DNA from: Piedraia hortae CBS 480.64
Taxonomy: Eukaryota
DNA length: 52,412 nucleotides
Direction of reading: 5' to 3'
Assembly (NCBI GenBank): GCA_010093745.1
Contig: MU006006.1
Span: forward strand, 62,001-114,412
Shown here: positions 10,707-22,324 of the stretch, piece by piece
Layout of the letters: every line of letters starts with the position of its first letter
How positions within the stretch are numbered: the first letter of the stretch is position 1
Notes under the pieces: model-generated
What the model was told of the DNA's origin: nothing
Seen by the model: only the letters and a program-made list of their open reading frames with translations
The model's database searches: none
Program-made: the position numbers and the translations under genes

Positions 10707-13232
10707 CTAAACCTCCTTCATTTCACCCATCAACCCCTTCAACTTCAAAATCTTCCCAACAAGTGTCCAGTGTTTCTTCTTCGTCTCAACATCTTGCCTC
10801 ACCGTTAAATTCGACTCCAGGGTTGTCAGAATTGTGGGAATCATTCCTTTAACATCATCGCCCTTGACGTCGAGATGACGCAGACCCACGTCCAGGAACC
10901 CAAGCATAGACTCGATGTTCGTGTCCATCTCCAGTAAAAAGTTGGTGCAAATAACTATGAGAGCCAGGTGCAAAAGGGGCGTGAGCTCCTTGAGACGAGC
11001 TGGGGTCTTCATAACGGCATTCGCAAAAACTGAGAGAGACTCCCTCTGATCGGATTTAGTAGATTTCGCAATGTGAGCCCCTGCAGCTTGGTAGTTTCCT
11101 TCGGTCAGCAAATTTGAAATCTTCTGTTGCGCAGAAGTGAGTGGTTTGGGATCCGGCTCGCTCTTTACAGCCGGTGGCAATGCTGACTGGGTGGTTTGAG
11201 GGATTATGGGGGAGATTGCGTTGTAGATTGATTGGAGAGTGGCCAAGTTGTCGGCCCCAACTCGCGCGAGTTCGGCTTCTCGCTTCTCCAAAGCCGCAAT
11301 TATGTTTCCCGTTTCTGCCTTGAGCATCCTCTCGAATTCAGGCAGGAGTTCCCTCTTCATCTGGTCCGGCAAAGCACTCAAAATGTTGACTTTGGGCTCC
11401 CTCTCACGCTCTTTGGTAGTCGAAAGTAGTGAGTCAATAAACGCCTTTCTCTTTAAAAGTGCCTGATATGATATCCTCGGCACATTAACTGGTTCTTTCC
11501 TCGTGGAAAGTCCAATGTCAGAAAGGGCAACCGTCCAGAGGGCGCATCCAGCAGCGAGATAGATTGCAACCTCCAAACCAATGGAAGTATGCGGGGTAAG
11601 GCTCACGCTTCGTATCTGGCCGACATATCTGAGCGAAACCTCCCTCCAGGCCGTAACTGTCAGCCTACCGTGCTGGGGAAACAGATCGTGAAGCACGCCC
11701 TCCGCGCGTAGCGAAATGAACCTGCTTTGACTCATGGATGGGGGGAGGTTGTACTGCGGCAAGGTAAGCTGGAAAAAGAAAACAGAGTTTCGTTCTGGGT
11801 GTCCGAGAACGATCGTTTCCAAATGGGCCGAGTAGCTAAGAGAACAAAATCCCGTTCCGGGTCCTCGGGGAACTCGGATCTCATGGACGATTAAGCCGCT
11901 TGCAAGGTCTACCAACCTTAGGACGTGGTTGCGATCGGTAGCATGCAGCATAAAACGTTGCGCGCGGGCACCAGGACGATCAAAGAGAAGAACTGTAGAT
12001 GCAGACACAAAGCTAGAATGTCCGCAACAGTATGCTGCGATCGGCCCAGGAGCATGATGGTGCACATCCCAGAATTTGACAATGTTGGTGTCGTCCGCAG
12101 TCGCCAGCATCGTGTCGTCAGCAGAAAAGCAAACATCACTGCATGTGCTGCCGGTCCTGATGATGCCGATGTTGGAGTTCTTCTCCGCAAGAAAAGCTGG
12201 CGTGTCGACAACGCAGGATGCCGGATTGAAGTGATTGGACTGCATCAGTATTTGAACCGATACTACGTAGACTGTTCCGTCGGCTCTGCAGATGGCAAAG
12301 CAGTCATGGTGGTTGCTGAGCTTCGATTTAATTTGGCCACCAGGTTTCATGCTTAACGCTTCCGCCTGCATGTTAGGCTGAACCTTTGCCAGAAAAACTG
12401 TGCCCTGAATGCCAACGCCAAGGACGACGTCAACATTCGAAGAAGGGGAAAAACATTGCAGATCTATGATGCGCTCTGGGACGTTCCTAAACAGCTTTTC
12501 ATAGCGTTTCGTGACTCGGTTGAAAACTTGGAGAAGACATGAATCCAGGTAAGAGCTTGGGCGACAATAAACAATGCTGATGTTGCCAGCTGTGATCTGA
12601 TTGCGGTTGATAGGGTCGTACATTGTGGTGAAACTGTCGAGATGTTGCACACTGGAAAGTCTGGCGTGCTGTATTGGCATATCAGTGGTTGTGGCAAGCA
12701 CTGGCACCGACATGACAGATGGGACACGTTCCGACGCAGGCCTAGGGTGACCCAACTCTTTGATACCCGACCATTTCGAGACCACGTTGTCGGACCTGTG
12801 CAGATTACTGCCATAGGACGCATCACGCTGGACAATAGCGCGTGGCGTGTTAGCCGGAGGCCGATTTTCTACTTTGTTGTCCGCCAAAGGCATGGAGCCA
12901 TCTTGTACCATGCCATTGGGATTCGAGTTGAATGTCGGAGCGTTTTGAGAGAGCTTGTCATTATCAATCTTCCAAGTCCACTTTGGCTTGCTTAATGGCG
13001 GTACGAATTCTTCAGACTCCTCCAGCGGCGGTGACACAGGACGAAGCTCGGGGTCTTTCCACTGCCATTTCTTCTTCGTGATAGCCTCGTTCTCTACCCC
13101 TTTGTATCGAGCTTGCTCGCGACGTGGACCCTTGTTATTGCCATCATCTTTACGACCCCAGATCCACACCTCGCGGACCGCGGCGGAAGAATCGCTTCTA
13201 GAGACCGAGTCGCCGTCTCCCATGTAATCCAT
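10707..13232 (-). CDS. WD40 beta-propeller protein, probable EDC4/Pdc1-like mRNA-decapping enhancer
   Basis: 841 aa ORF with a WD repeat (VCFSADDTMLATADDTNIVKFWD). The segment IVLGHPERNSVFFFQLTLPQYNLPPSMSQ resembles fungal EDC4-like proteins. Helical C-terminus. Confidence 0.6.
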   Translation of the reverse strand: MDYMGDGDSVSRSDSSAAVREVWIWGRKDDGNNKGPRREQARYKGVENEAITKKKWQWKDPELRPVSPPLEESEEFVPPLSKPKWTWKIDNDKLSQNAPTFNSNPNGMVQDGSMPLADNKVENRPPANTPRAIVQRDASYGSNLHRSDNVVSKWSGIKELGHPRPASERVPSVMSVPVLATTTDMPIQHARLSSVQHLDSFTTMYDPINRNQITAGNISIVYCRPSSYLDSCLLQVFNRVTKRYEKLFRNVPERIIDLQCFSPSSNVDVVLGVGIQGTVFLAKVQPNMQAEALSMKPGGQIKSKLSNHHDCFAICRADGTVYVVSVQILMQSNHFNPASCVVDTPAFLAEKNSNIGIIRTGSTCSDVCFSADDTMLATADDTNIVKFWDVHHHAPGPIAAYCCGHSSFVSASTVLLFDRPGARAQRFMLHATDRNHVLRLVDLASGLIVHEIRVPRGPGTGFCSLSYSAHLETIVLGHPERNSVFFFQLTLPQYNLPPSMSQSRFISLRAEGVLHDLFPQHGRLTVTAWREVSLRYVGQIRSVSLTPHTSIGLEVAIYLAAGCALWTVALSDIGLSTRKEPVNVPRISYQALLKRKAFIDSLLSTTKEREREPKVNILSALPDQMKRELLPEFERMLKAETGNIIAALEKREAELARVGADNLATLQSIYNAISPIIPQTTQSALPPAVKSEPDPKPLTSAQQKISNLLTEGNYQAAGAHIAKSTKSDQRESLSVFANAVMKTPARLKELTPLLHLALIVICTNFLLEMDTNIESMLGFLDVGLRHLDVKGDDVKGMIPTILTTLESNLTVRQDVETKKKHWTLVGKILKLKGLMGEMKEV

Positions 13233-14032
13233 TGCCTTGATTTAGTGGGTTTAGTGTGATTCCAAGAGTGTGTTGTGCGGTAGGAAGAAGTGCGCAGACA
13301 ATTGAGCCCTACCTTCGCTGGGGCACAGAAGAGGAAGGCACGACTGATGACAGCGGGGCACAAGATCACTCAATGACGTAATTTTCACGCAACCGTGTTC
13401 ATCATCGATTCTATTGGCTGGCTATCAACAAGTTCCGTTGTAACTAGAGTGAAAGATCCTTCGTAAGGTCGTGAAACACAATGCAGGCGACATGATATTG
13501 TGAAATGATTGGAGGATTATTCTAGGGGATAGATGTTGCCATGTGAGAAAGAGGCTGAACAGTGAATGGCTGTGATTCAAGGAAAGACTCTCATGTACCT
13601 CCTTTCTCGCAGACGAGACAGTCCTGTAACATTGTGCCAGAGAATGGCAAGACGTGATCAGTTTACACTAATGCCACGAATAATAGAGGGCTCATATCCA
13701 ACGCTCTGTATCTGTGGTTTGCCTTTCATACAGCTCGTTGAGTCATTTGAGGCTACACAACACCCTTCAGCCAACCAAGCATCGAGTCTGACCTGTCCCT
13801 TATGGATTATCAAGTCTGTTATGAGACAAGGGATGACAAACTGCACTTTGTTTGTCAGTTTTGATGACTGAGTGATGCATGTGTGGTGGATGTGTGTGTT
13901 GTTTGTGGTGATGCCAAGAAGTGCGTGTGTACGGAACAATTCCGCCTCCCCTAGACGACTTGTGCGAAGGTGGTTGAACATCAAGACATAGAAAGTATAC
14001 AATACATACATGAATCCCTATCCATACACAGC

Positions 14033-17000
14033 CTAGACTCCTTGCACCTTTCTATAGCTCGGTGGTTTAATTGTTCTGTGGATCCATTTGCCTCCCGCAA
14101 CGGGGATCAAACTCGCCGCGCCAATGGCCACACATCTCCACACAAACGCCACAGTCACCAAATATCCCAGATCAAAGTAGTCTCCAAGCGCAGGAAAGCT
14201 GCCTAGAAACAGCAGCATTGTGCCGAGTATGCTTACGATCATGACCGGATGCCATGTCGTTATCTCAACCGCGACCATGAAGATCTCATTCAGCACTAGC
14301 ACAGTGTACGAAACAGCGACTAGCTTGTTGAACGGCGCTTTCTCACCCAATAAAAGACTCGCGCCTCCCTGAATTATTAGCCCTTGGTAAAGGGAGATGG
14401 CGACCCAGCCAAAGAACGATCGGTAGCTGAGACTCTTGCCTAGAGTAAGCTCGCGATACAGTTCCGGGTACAGCTCTGCGAGGTTCTCATCAACATCACG
14501 ATCGAGAACCAATGAAAACACGGGCGCCATGGTGTACACCGTTGCGTAGCCAACGAGAAGCCAGTCCCGGTATAAGGCCACCGGCTCGAAGTGTGAGGAA
14601 ATGGAGTAGACTGTTTGGCAGACGGAGATGATCAGGCCGCGATGCATGACGAACTGTGCCAGCTTCGCAGACCGTTTGTAGCTGTTCCGGCCATGCCAGA
14701 GCAAGAGCTTTGTAAGAAAGGAGAATTGGGTCACACTGAAGTCGGCGGCTAGAGAGGCTTGACGACCTTCTTTGCCGACAATGCCGACGCCGACGTCTGC
14801 CGCTTGGATCATGGATACGTCGTTGCCTCCGTCACCGATACAGGCTACTCGCTTGCGGGTGTGACTTCTTATGAGGCTTGCGATTTCGGCCTTTTGTGTT
14901 GGTGAGCACCGGCAGGCGATTACGCTGGGCATCTTAACAGCTGCCGAGATGAATGCGCCGCTGTGGTAGGTTAGATAGAGGCTGAGACTTTGCCCATCAA
15001 TCAACAAGGCCGAGGTGGGTCGGTTGTGCAGGATGTGAAGTGCATCCAGGGCGGAGTCTTTCTGCGTAATGCCTGTGATTGTGTGAATATGTTGCCCTCT
15101 GCTGACGAGTTTAGAAGCAATGGCCACGCACCGCGCGGTCTCAACTTTGTCGCCTGTCAGCATCCAGATTTTGATGCCCGCATTGCGGAGGAGCTCTAGA
15201 CTGGGCTTGACGTTGGCTTGAAGTTTGTCTTCCACACCCGTCACGCCGAGGAGATCAAGGTCTTTCTCCAGATGATCGCTGACGACTCGTGCTTGAGTCG
15301 CTTCACGGTCTGTGAGACTGAGGGAGGCGCTGGTGTATGCACTGCTGAAAGCGGCGTATTGATCCTTGCTTAGAGCCTTGCGACCAACGACCAGCGTACG
15401 GAGGCCTTCACGAGCCATGTTACTCGTTTCCTCGTCGAGCCAATCGTTTGCAGCAACGATACTAGACATGATGGTATCGGCACCTTTTTGGAGAAAGAGA
15501 ATGTCACCCTCGCCATCGGTCTGATGGAAACGCACGATGATACCCATTCGTTTGCTTTCAGAGGTGAATGGAAAGACATTGAGAACATCCACCTTGACGA
15601 TGATATTGCCGCTGTGAGAGGATTGTAGTGTAATAGTCTTACGGTCTCGGTGGGCGAGACGCAAACCAACGCCCTCTGTCCACTGCACAATGGCAATCTC
15701 ATCTGGGCTACTTGCCTGGTAAGTAGTCACTTGCTGACCATCTTCCTCGCTGGTCGTGGGCGTTACGTTGTGACAGAGAGCGAGAGCAAGGACAACGTTC
15801 CTTATACGCGTGCTGATCTCGCGTTTGGTGCGGGCCATGTTGCCCAGAGAGCCCATGCCGTTCGATGGGGTAAAGAGGGAGCCACCAGCGTCGTCCATGG
15901 CGAAGGCTTGCTTGATGTACGTGCTCACTTCTTCCATGGCATCGCCGCCGTAGCTGACGGTGCCCACGTGCAGTTTGCGCAGTTCCATCTCATTCCTGGT
16001 CAAGGTTCCCGTCTTGTCGGTCAGGAGATAGTCAATCCGGCCCAAGTCTTCTGGAATCGTGCTTGTTCGGACAACAGTCCCAGGAATGCCTGCATCGCGT
16101 TGGATGAAGCGAGCATAGGCTGATTTGCCCATGTCCAGATTCACCCTCAAGCTAATGGGCACGATAGTGCTGAAGAGAATAAGGAAGCGCATAAAGTCAA
16201 CGTACCACTTGCGTTTCTCAGTGCTCTCAACGCGCTCTAAGAGCACCAGCAGCAAAGAGAGTGCGGCAGTGAGGAAGCAAAGGATCTTGGTGAGGTTGTT
16301 AATTTCGTTCTCCAACAGTCCAGTTTTGGAACGGGACGCAGATGTAGACAGAGCAGCACGGGTTTGCGGACCCGTGTAGACTACAACTGCATGAACTGTC
16401 GAGCTGGAGGCCAAGACTGTGTTTGCCCACGCAGTGTTGTCAATGGTCAGCGGGCCAGACTTGTCCTGATCCGACCCCTTCTGCTCCACGGTGCCTGCAA
16501 AGGCAGTCACGTTCTTCTCTGGTTTCCCAGCCATGATCTGCAGGCGCACATATTCGCTTGGTGGCAGCGTCTGCGCAAGAGGCGATGCCAGTCGCAACTT
16601 CCAATCTGTCTCTCCATCAAGCTGATCAGTGCGGATGAAGGCTTCTCCACCACCACTGGGATCGTCAGAGGTTGTATTGTTATCAAGTTCAGCGGCATCA
16701 GCGGCTTCTTGTTCCAGCTTTGGGGCTGATTCGAGGGCCGAGTCACCAGAGAAGCTCTTGAGTATTACAACATCAGCAGGAACTCGCTGCTCCTTGGACA
16801 GAACCACGATATCTCCCACTTTCAGGTCTCTGCTGGGCTTCATGGCTTCTGAGACTGATGCGGAGGGCACATGGCCATCCAGAGTCTCGTCCGAGTCTCT
16901 ACTAGACCCTCGGCGAACACCAAAAGTCAGGACTTTGTACATCTCGCTGTTGGCTTCTCTGTCTCTCTTGCGTCTGTAGATGTCATCGTGAGCCTCCTTT

Positions 17001-17620
17001 CCCAGGGTAATCATGACAACAAACGCCAGAGGCGCAATATAAGTGGACAGGTAGCCGATGCGCAAAGCCGGAAAAATTTGCGAGAGGGCGACCAACAAGA
17101 AATAAAGGTTGAAAAAGAACTTGAATTCGTTCCAGAGCGTCCTGGGGAGGAATGATAGGGGCGTATATTTGGCATTGCTGACGGCATTTGGGGGGTATTT
17201 GATGGCTTGTTTTTGGCCTACTAGGACGTTGCGGCTTGAGCCAGAGCCGGGTTCATCAATAGGCAGCCTTACAGACGTTTTCCTTCCAACAAAGGGAAGG
17301 TACCGCCTTAACCCATATTCTTGGGGCTCAGAGCCTCGGTCGGCCAACAGCGGGTTGTCCTCCGCGCCGATGCACGAGCTCACTCCGGAGACTCGTGCAT
17401 TCTGATCATCATCGTCCCCTACCAGCGACTCCAGTTCCTCAGCATCCTCGTCTCTCTCCTTCTTCATAAACCCCAGGCGGCGCAACGGGATGCGGTCGAG
17501 TTTCTGCGCAGGACTCTTCCGCCCTCGGGAGGTCAGCGGATCCAGATCATCAAGGTCGCTGCTGTATCTTGCATCTCTGGAATCGCCTCGAGGGCTGCGG
17601 TAGCCAGCTAACATTGTCAT
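14033..17620 (-). CDS. NEO1: P4-type ATPase phospholipid flippase
   Basis: 1195 aa. Motifs DKTGTLT, TDQLDGETDWKLR, WMLTGDK, GDGGNDVSMIQAA and GKEGRQASLAADF, typical of the Neo1/ATP9 class. Confidence 0.95.
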   Translation of the reverse strand: MTMLAGYRSPRGDSRDARYSSDLDDLDPLTSRGRKSPAQKLDRIPLRRLGFMKKERDEDAEELESLVGDDDDQNARVSGVSSCIGAEDNPLLADRGSEPQEYGLRRYLPFVGRKTSVRLPIDEPGSGSSRNVLVGQKQAIKYPPNAVSNAKYTPLSFLPRTLWNEFKFFFNLYFLLVALSQIFPALRIGYLSTYIAPLAFVVMITLGKEAHDDIYRRKRDREANSEMYKVLTFGVRRGSSRDSDETLDGHVPSASVSEAMKPSRDLKVGDIVVLSKEQRVPADVVILKSFSGDSALESAPKLEQEAADAAELDNNTTSDDPSGGGEAFIRTDQLDGETDWKLRLASPLAQTLPPSEYVRLQIMAGKPEKNVTAFAGTVEQKGSDQDKSGPLTIDNTAWANTVLASSSTVHAVVVYTGPQTRAALSTSASRSKTGLLENEINNLTKILCFLTAALSLLLVLLERVESTEKRKWYVDFMRFLILFSTIVPISLRVNLDMGKSAYARFIQRDAGIPGTVVRTSTIPEDLGRIDYLLTDKTGTLTRNEMELRKLHVGTVSYGGDAMEEVSTYIKQAFAMDDAGGSLFTPSNGMGSLGNMARTKREISTRIRNVVLALALCHNVTPTTSEEDGQQVTTYQASSPDEIAIVQWTEGVGLRLAHRDRKTITLQSSHSGNIIVKVDVLNVFPFTSESKRMGIIVRFHQTDGEGDILFLQKGADTIMSSIVAANDWLDEETSNMAREGLRTLVVGRKALSKDQYAAFSSAYTSASLSLTDREATQARVVSDHLEKDLDLLGVTGVEDKLQANVKPSLELLRNAGIKIWMLTGDKVETARCVAIASKLVSRGQHIHTITGITQKDSALDALHILHNRPTSALLIDGQSLSLYLTYHSGAFISAAVKMPSVIACRCSPTQKAEIASLIRSHTRKRVACIGDGGNDVSMIQAADVGVGIVGKEGRQASLAADFSVTQFSFLTKLLLWHGRNSYKRSAKLAQFVMHRGLIISVCQTVYSISSHFEPVALYRDWLLVGYATVYTMAPVFSLVLDRDVDENLAELYPELYRELTLGKSLSYRSFFGWVAISLYQGLIIQGGASLLLGEKAPFNKLVAVSYTVLVLNEIFMVAVEITTWHPVMIVSILGTMLLFLGSFPALGDYFDLGYLVTVAFVWRCVAIGAASLIPVAGGKWIHRTIKPPSYRKVQGV

Positions 17621-17917
17621 TCTTCATTGTCTTCGTCTTGGTCGAGGCTGTGACGTTAGTGACACATCCGGGGCGCGGAACGGGCCGCTGCACAATTCCA
17701 ACCCTAGCTGCGAACGTCTCCTGCAGCCCAGAGCGAGTGAGGTGGACGACAAGGGACGAGTTTTAGCGTTTGGCCACGTTTCCAGACTCCGCTATCCGGT
17801 CTGCAGCTGTGTCTATTGCTGTATCGTCCCAAATTCCGGATCCGAGACTCGGCCGAGGCCCGGCCAGTTGGCAACTGCCGGCCAACATCCAACGTCCAGC
17901 ACAACCGCCACGAGAAC

Positions 17918-20900
17918 ATGTCGCACGCCGGCTCCACTCATTCTGCCAGCGCGCATCCACTCGAGACATTACATTCCGAGGAAATCCATCCGAGCACGAC
18001 CGACGGTATCGAACAGACGACGGCGGCGGCGGCGGCGGCTGTGGCGGAGGAGGCGGCAGCGCCGTGGCCGCCCCAGGACACGCTGCTGGATCCTGCAAAG
18101 GAAACAGAAGACGTCCCAATACATGGCGGAGATGTGCCAATCGCGGCGGAGAATGCGTCGGAAGCGCTGGGACTGGGAATCAGACAGTCACCGGACGCCG
18201 TGCTTTCCGAACCAGCGGCGCATTACGACCATCAGGGCGCTGTGCCAGACATGGAGGCGGCGCAAAGCGAAGAGCCCGATCTTCCGCTGCTTCAGGACGC
18301 CGAGGAGCCGACGCGGAGGGAGACTGAGAGCCGGACATCACCGGTTCGGCCTGCAGCCATGGGGGAGAGCTTTCCAGACCTCAACGAGATACCAACAGCG
18401 AGCGCAGATGGGGCCAACGACGACGCTTCCATTGCCGAGAACTGGCCATCGTTTGACGACGACGAGACTTTTGGGGAGCTGCTGGGGGACGACAGTCGGC
18501 CAAAGGAAGCTAAGCCCGAGTCGCCTTTCCTGGACGAGGACCAAGATCTGGCCGCCCGTTTTGAGGCTGCTCTAGACATGGATCTGTTGGAAGGTGACAT
18601 TGACGATGTTCCGCTCCTGGACGAGGAGGAAGAGGAGCCGCCGGCGCAGACGGAGCCCCAGCAGACGCCGCGGCAGCCCTTGTCTCACACCCCAAGCTGG
18701 CCGTATGCATCCCGTTCGCAGTTCATTGAACAGAACAACAGCCGCTCCTCGGCCACGCCAGACACGGGGCTGTTTGACATCTACAACACGCAGCCGTCCC
18801 CCGTTGCGGTCAGACCAGCGCTCAAGCAGGCGCAGAGCTTCGTAGACAAGTCCAAAGGCGAGTATCAGTCGCCTTATGATCTCCCCATGGAGATTGTCAA
18901 GCCTCGAAAGCGGACGATACAGCCACAGCGGGCGTCGATTCCCACTCCTCCACCTCGAACTAGCAGCTTCAGCGGCAGCTTCCCGCCCAAACAAGTGGCC
19001 AGTCCAGCAAGGACCACAACGCCCGCTTCTCGCGCTGGCAGCAACTTCTTTGAGGAAATGCCGATTCCAGCCAAGCCTCGTACGCGTCCAGCTGCTCCAA
19101 CAGCCCAGCCATTCAGTGCTCCAGGTTTTGCTGCTCCTGCGAATAGGGCACTTCCCTCGCTGCCGCTGCAGAGTCCGGCCTTTTCCCCGACCATGCTGCC
19201 TGGCCCCATTCCCGAATCTGCCACTCCTCCTCCTCCTCCCAGAATGACCAACAAGTACGCAGCTCCCTTGCAGCAGCCAATCAGTTTTTCCCAGCCGCCG
19301 AGACCCCGAACGCAGTCTCCGGCTGCCATGGTCAAGCAATCCAAATATGCGGCGATGCCCATAGAACGGCCTACTTCGGCTGTTGCTCGCCCAAGCACAG
19401 CTACGACGGTTACAAAAGCTCCTGCATCTCACAAGCGTAGGCCTTCTCGTCCCATCAACTTCATTCCACCAGCCGACGAGCGTGGCGAGGACCCTCTGCA
19501 GAGGTGGAAGGGACAACCAATCTTCAGCTGGAACTCGACTGGTATGATCGTGCACACCTTCCCCAAATACACTCCTGCTTGGGACAGCCATGGTGGGCAC
19601 TCAATGAAGTGCCATCCCGACTCCATAAACATCACAGACGCCGCAACCTTTTGTCCAATGGACGGTCGGGATGCCAAATTTCCCGGTCCTCTTCCTGCTA
19701 GAAGCAAAGGGAAGAAGAAAGAAGTCATGGGCTGGATGGCAGAGAAGATCAACGATTTGGAGCGGGCCAAAGATCATGCCATGTTGGAATACAACCTCCC
19801 TGACGAGCTTAAGAAGCGAACTGAGGAGAAGTTGGTTCTGTGGAAGATTGTTCAGTTGTTTGTCGACAACGACGGCACGCTGGAGAACAAGCCCAAAGCC
19901 ACCGAGGACGTTAGAAAGATCCTACTGCCTAGTCTCGACCAGACGAACCTTGCTGCCATGCAGTCACCCGATTCTGCCCTGTCATCAGAACCCGTTGACA
20001 GGTCGTTGGTAGCTCAGCTCCGTCAGGCCCTTTTGCATGGGGACCGGGAACGTGCCGTGTTCCTCGCCGAAGAGAAGAAGCTTTGGGGCCATGCCTTGTT
20101 GATTGCGTCCGTCACGGGAGCAGAAGCTTGGAAACAAGTCGTTCAGTCGTTTGTCCGCACCCAAGTAAAACCAGTTGGGAGCGATGCTAGAAGCCTTGCT
20201 GCCGTTTACCAGGCCTTCGCAGGTAACAGCCAAGAGTGCGTCGATGAGCTGGTACCGCCGAGTGCAAGGGCGGGTTTCTCGCTGGTCAACAAAACAGACG
20301 GAAGCACCACGGCCAATCCCCTCGTCGGGCTGGATCAATGGCGCGAAACGCTGGGTTTGATAGTCAGCAACCGGACGGCAAACGATCCGGCGTCTCTGAT
20401 CAAATTGGGCACGATGCTAAACGACTATGGCAGAGTAGAAGCCGCTCATGCTTGCTTCCTCTTTGCCCGTGCCTTTGCCAAGCATTCTGGTGCGGACGAT
20501 CCCGAAGCCCACTTTGTGCTTCTTGGTGCGAATCATAGGAATCCCGCCGAAAGCTTGGGCAACGACTTGGACCCCGTTATCCTGACCGAGATCTATGAGT
20601 GGGCCTCCTCCTTCGCCCCTTCGACCGGTGCATCTTATACTCCTCACCTGCAGTCCTACAAGCTCATGCACGCTCAACAGCTGGCTGCCTTTGGCTACAA
20701 GACCAAGGCTCTCACGTACTGCGATCATGTTGCCCAAGCGCACACCTCTAGCACCAAGACAAGTCCGTACTATCATCACAGCTTTGTCCAGGCCGTAAGT
20801 GATATGCGCGCGTATCTGTCCAAAGCCCCCCAGGACGGTAAAAGCGGCTTCCTTCCCTCCATCAGGGGCGGTGCAGCCACCTTGTTGCAACGCTTCATCG

Positions 20901-22324
20901 AGGGCGGCGAGGAAGAGAGCGAGCAAGACGACCGGTCTCGCACTGGCATCCATGAAGGGCCTTTTGGGATGGTCAACGCACCTGCAGAAGTCTATGCCAC
21001 TTCCGCCATTCCGATTCAAGTCGCAACTCCCCCGCCACAAACAGCTTCTTCGGCAGCAACAGCTGCAGCCGGACGCTATACTCCACGCGAAGGTCGCTAT
21101 AACGCACCGATACAGCGCGCCTCGTCGGTCATACCGGCGGGCTACCATCCTCAAGAGCGGAGTCGATTCAATCTCCCAGAAGCCAACGGACCACAGCCAC
21201 GTTCGGCTTCTGTATCTCGCATTGCAAACTCCCGGTACGCACCAGCAAACCATACACTCACCCCATCACCGCTTGTCGAAGCTCGATTGGGCATTCCCCG
21301 TCCGCCAGCAAGCCGCGCGGGATCAGACCATGGCTTCTCCTCCCGCCGTGGCTCCAACCAGACGCTGGACAGCTACCAGCCCTCGCCCAGACTCGCTCAG
21401 GAACAAAGCCCTTATATGCAAGCCTCCCCATCTCTACAACCTTCACCAACCTTTCAACTGGCATCGACAGAGGAGGAGCCCGCGGCCGAGACCGCAGAAA
21501 CAAATGTTGCATCAGCAGAGACGGGTGGCTTCCAACCACTCAGTCCCGACAAAGGGTACACTCCCTACGAACCAGAACCCTACAACTACACTCCCTACGA
21601 ACCGGAGCCCGAACCGGAGCCCGACACAGAACCCGAACCAAAGCCCGAAGCCCCTCCCAAACCCAAAGAGCGGAAACACGACGACGCCTTCCTCGCCGCC
21701 GTGGCGGCCGACAACGCCCGCAGCGCCAGTCCCTCCAAAGACACCAAGTCCGCGGCCACAAAATCCGGCGGCGGCTGGCTCAAATGGTTCAAATCCGACC
21801 CTTCGGCCCCGGAACCCAACAAACCCATCAAAGCCAAACTCGGCGAGGAAAGCTCCTTCTACTTTGACAAAGAACTCAACAAATGGGTCAACAAGAAAGG
21901 ACCCACCGAAACGGAAGAGAAAACTACAAAACTTGCTCCCCCGCCCATGGCCCGCTCCGCGAGCAATAACCCCGCTGTAGCAGCTAGAGGGGCTGTCCCA
22001 CCCGTTAGAGCCGGGTCCGTTCCGCCAAGAACTATGCCTCCTGCCTCGGGTGTGCCGCCTGTGCCGGCGTTGCCGGGTATGGCTATGCCACCGCCCTCTG
22101 GGATACCCTCCGGGATACCCTCCGGGCCGCCGTCAGGACCCCCCTCGAGAGCGGATACCCCTGCCTCCGTGGCGTCCGCACCACCGGGGAGGGCTGCTGC
22201 CGCTGCGGCTGCGAAGGGGGAGGATTTGGATGAGTTGCTTGCTGGTGGGAAAAAAGCGGGGACGGTTAAAAGGAAGAAAGGGGCTGGGAGGGGGAGGTAT
22301 GTGGATGTTATGGCTAGGGATTAG
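17918..22324 (+). CDS. SEC16: COPII coat assembly protein Sec16
   Basis: Acidic/Pro-rich N-terminus. Central FPGPL...KKKEV, LLHGDRERAVFLAEEKKLWGHALLIAS and LTEIYEW. C-terminal KAKLGEESSFYFDKELNKWVNKK and RYVDVM. First ATG at 17918. Confidence 0.92.
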   Translation: MSHAGSTHSASAHPLETLHSEEIHPSTTDGIEQTTAAAAAAVAEEAAAPWPPQDTLLDPAKETEDVPIHGGDVPIAAENASEALGLGIRQSPDAVLSEPAAHYDHQGAVPDMEAAQSEEPDLPLLQDAEEPTRRETESRTSPVRPAAMGESFPDLNEIPTASADGANDDASIAENWPSFDDDETFGELLGDDSRPKEAKPESPFLDEDQDLAARFEAALDMDLLEGDIDDVPLLDEEEEEPPAQTEPQQTPRQPLSHTPSWPYASRSQFIEQNNSRSSATPDTGLFDIYNTQPSPVAVRPALKQAQSFVDKSKGEYQSPYDLPMEIVKPRKRTIQPQRASIPTPPPRTSSFSGSFPPKQVASPARTTTPASRAGSNFFEEMPIPAKPRTRPAAPTAQPFSAPGFAAPANRALPSLPLQSPAFSPTMLPGPIPESATPPPPPRMTNKYAAPLQQPISFSQPPRPRTQSPAAMVKQSKYAAMPIERPTSAVARPSTATTVTKAPASHKRRPSRPINFIPPADERGEDPLQRWKGQPIFSWNSTGMIVHTFPKYTPAWDSHGGHSMKCHPDSINITDAATFCPMDGRDAKFPGPLPARSKGKKKEVMGWMAEKINDLERAKDHAMLEYNLPDELKKRTEEKLVLWKIVQLFVDNDGTLENKPKATEDVRKILLPSLDQTNLAAMQSPDSALSSEPVDRSLVAQLRQALLHGDRERAVFLAEEKKLWGHALLIASVTGAEAWKQVVQSFVRTQVKPVGSDARSLAAVYQAFAGNSQECVDELVPPSARAGFSLVNKTDGSTTANPLVGLDQWRETLGLIVSNRTANDPASLIKLGTMLNDYGRVEAAHACFLFARAFAKHSGADDPEAHFVLLGANHRNPAESLGNDLDPVILTEIYEWASSFAPSTGASYTPHLQSYKLMHAQQLAAFGYKTKALTYCDHVAQAHTSSTKTSPYYHHSFVQAVSDMRAYLSKAPQDGKSGFLPSIRGGAATLLQRFIEGGEEESEQDDRSRTGIHEGPFGMVNAPAEVYATSAIPIQVATPPPQTASSAATAAAGRYTPREGRYNAPIQRASSVIPAGYHPQERSRFNLPEANGPQPRSASVSRIANSRYAPANHTLTPSPLVEARLGIPRPPASRAGSDHGFSSRRGSNQTLDSYQPSPRLAQEQSPYMQASPSLQPSPTFQLASTEEEPAAETAETNVASAETGGFQPLSPDKGYTPYEPEPYNYTPYEPEPEPEPDTEPEPKPEAPPKPKERKHDDAFLAAVAADNARSASPSKDTKSAATKSGGGWLKWFKSDPSAPEPNKPIKAKLGEESSFYFDKELNKWVNKKGPTETEEKTTKLAPPPMARSASNNPAVAARGAVPPVRAGSVPPRTMPPASGVPPVPALPGMAMPPPSGIPSGIPSGPPSGPPSRADTPASVASAPPGRAAAAAAAKGEDLDELLAGGKKAGTVKRKKGAGRGRYVDVMARD

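Noticed and set aside
21557..21650. Direct repeats TACACTCCCTACGAACC and GAACCGGAGCCC
   Set aside because: They encode low-complexity YTPYEPEP peptide in Sec16. This is not an array or CRISPR.
18572..21980. Long alternative-frame and antisense ORFs within SEC16 (342, 278 and 393 aa)
   Set aside because: Shadow ORFs caused by GC-rich codon bias.
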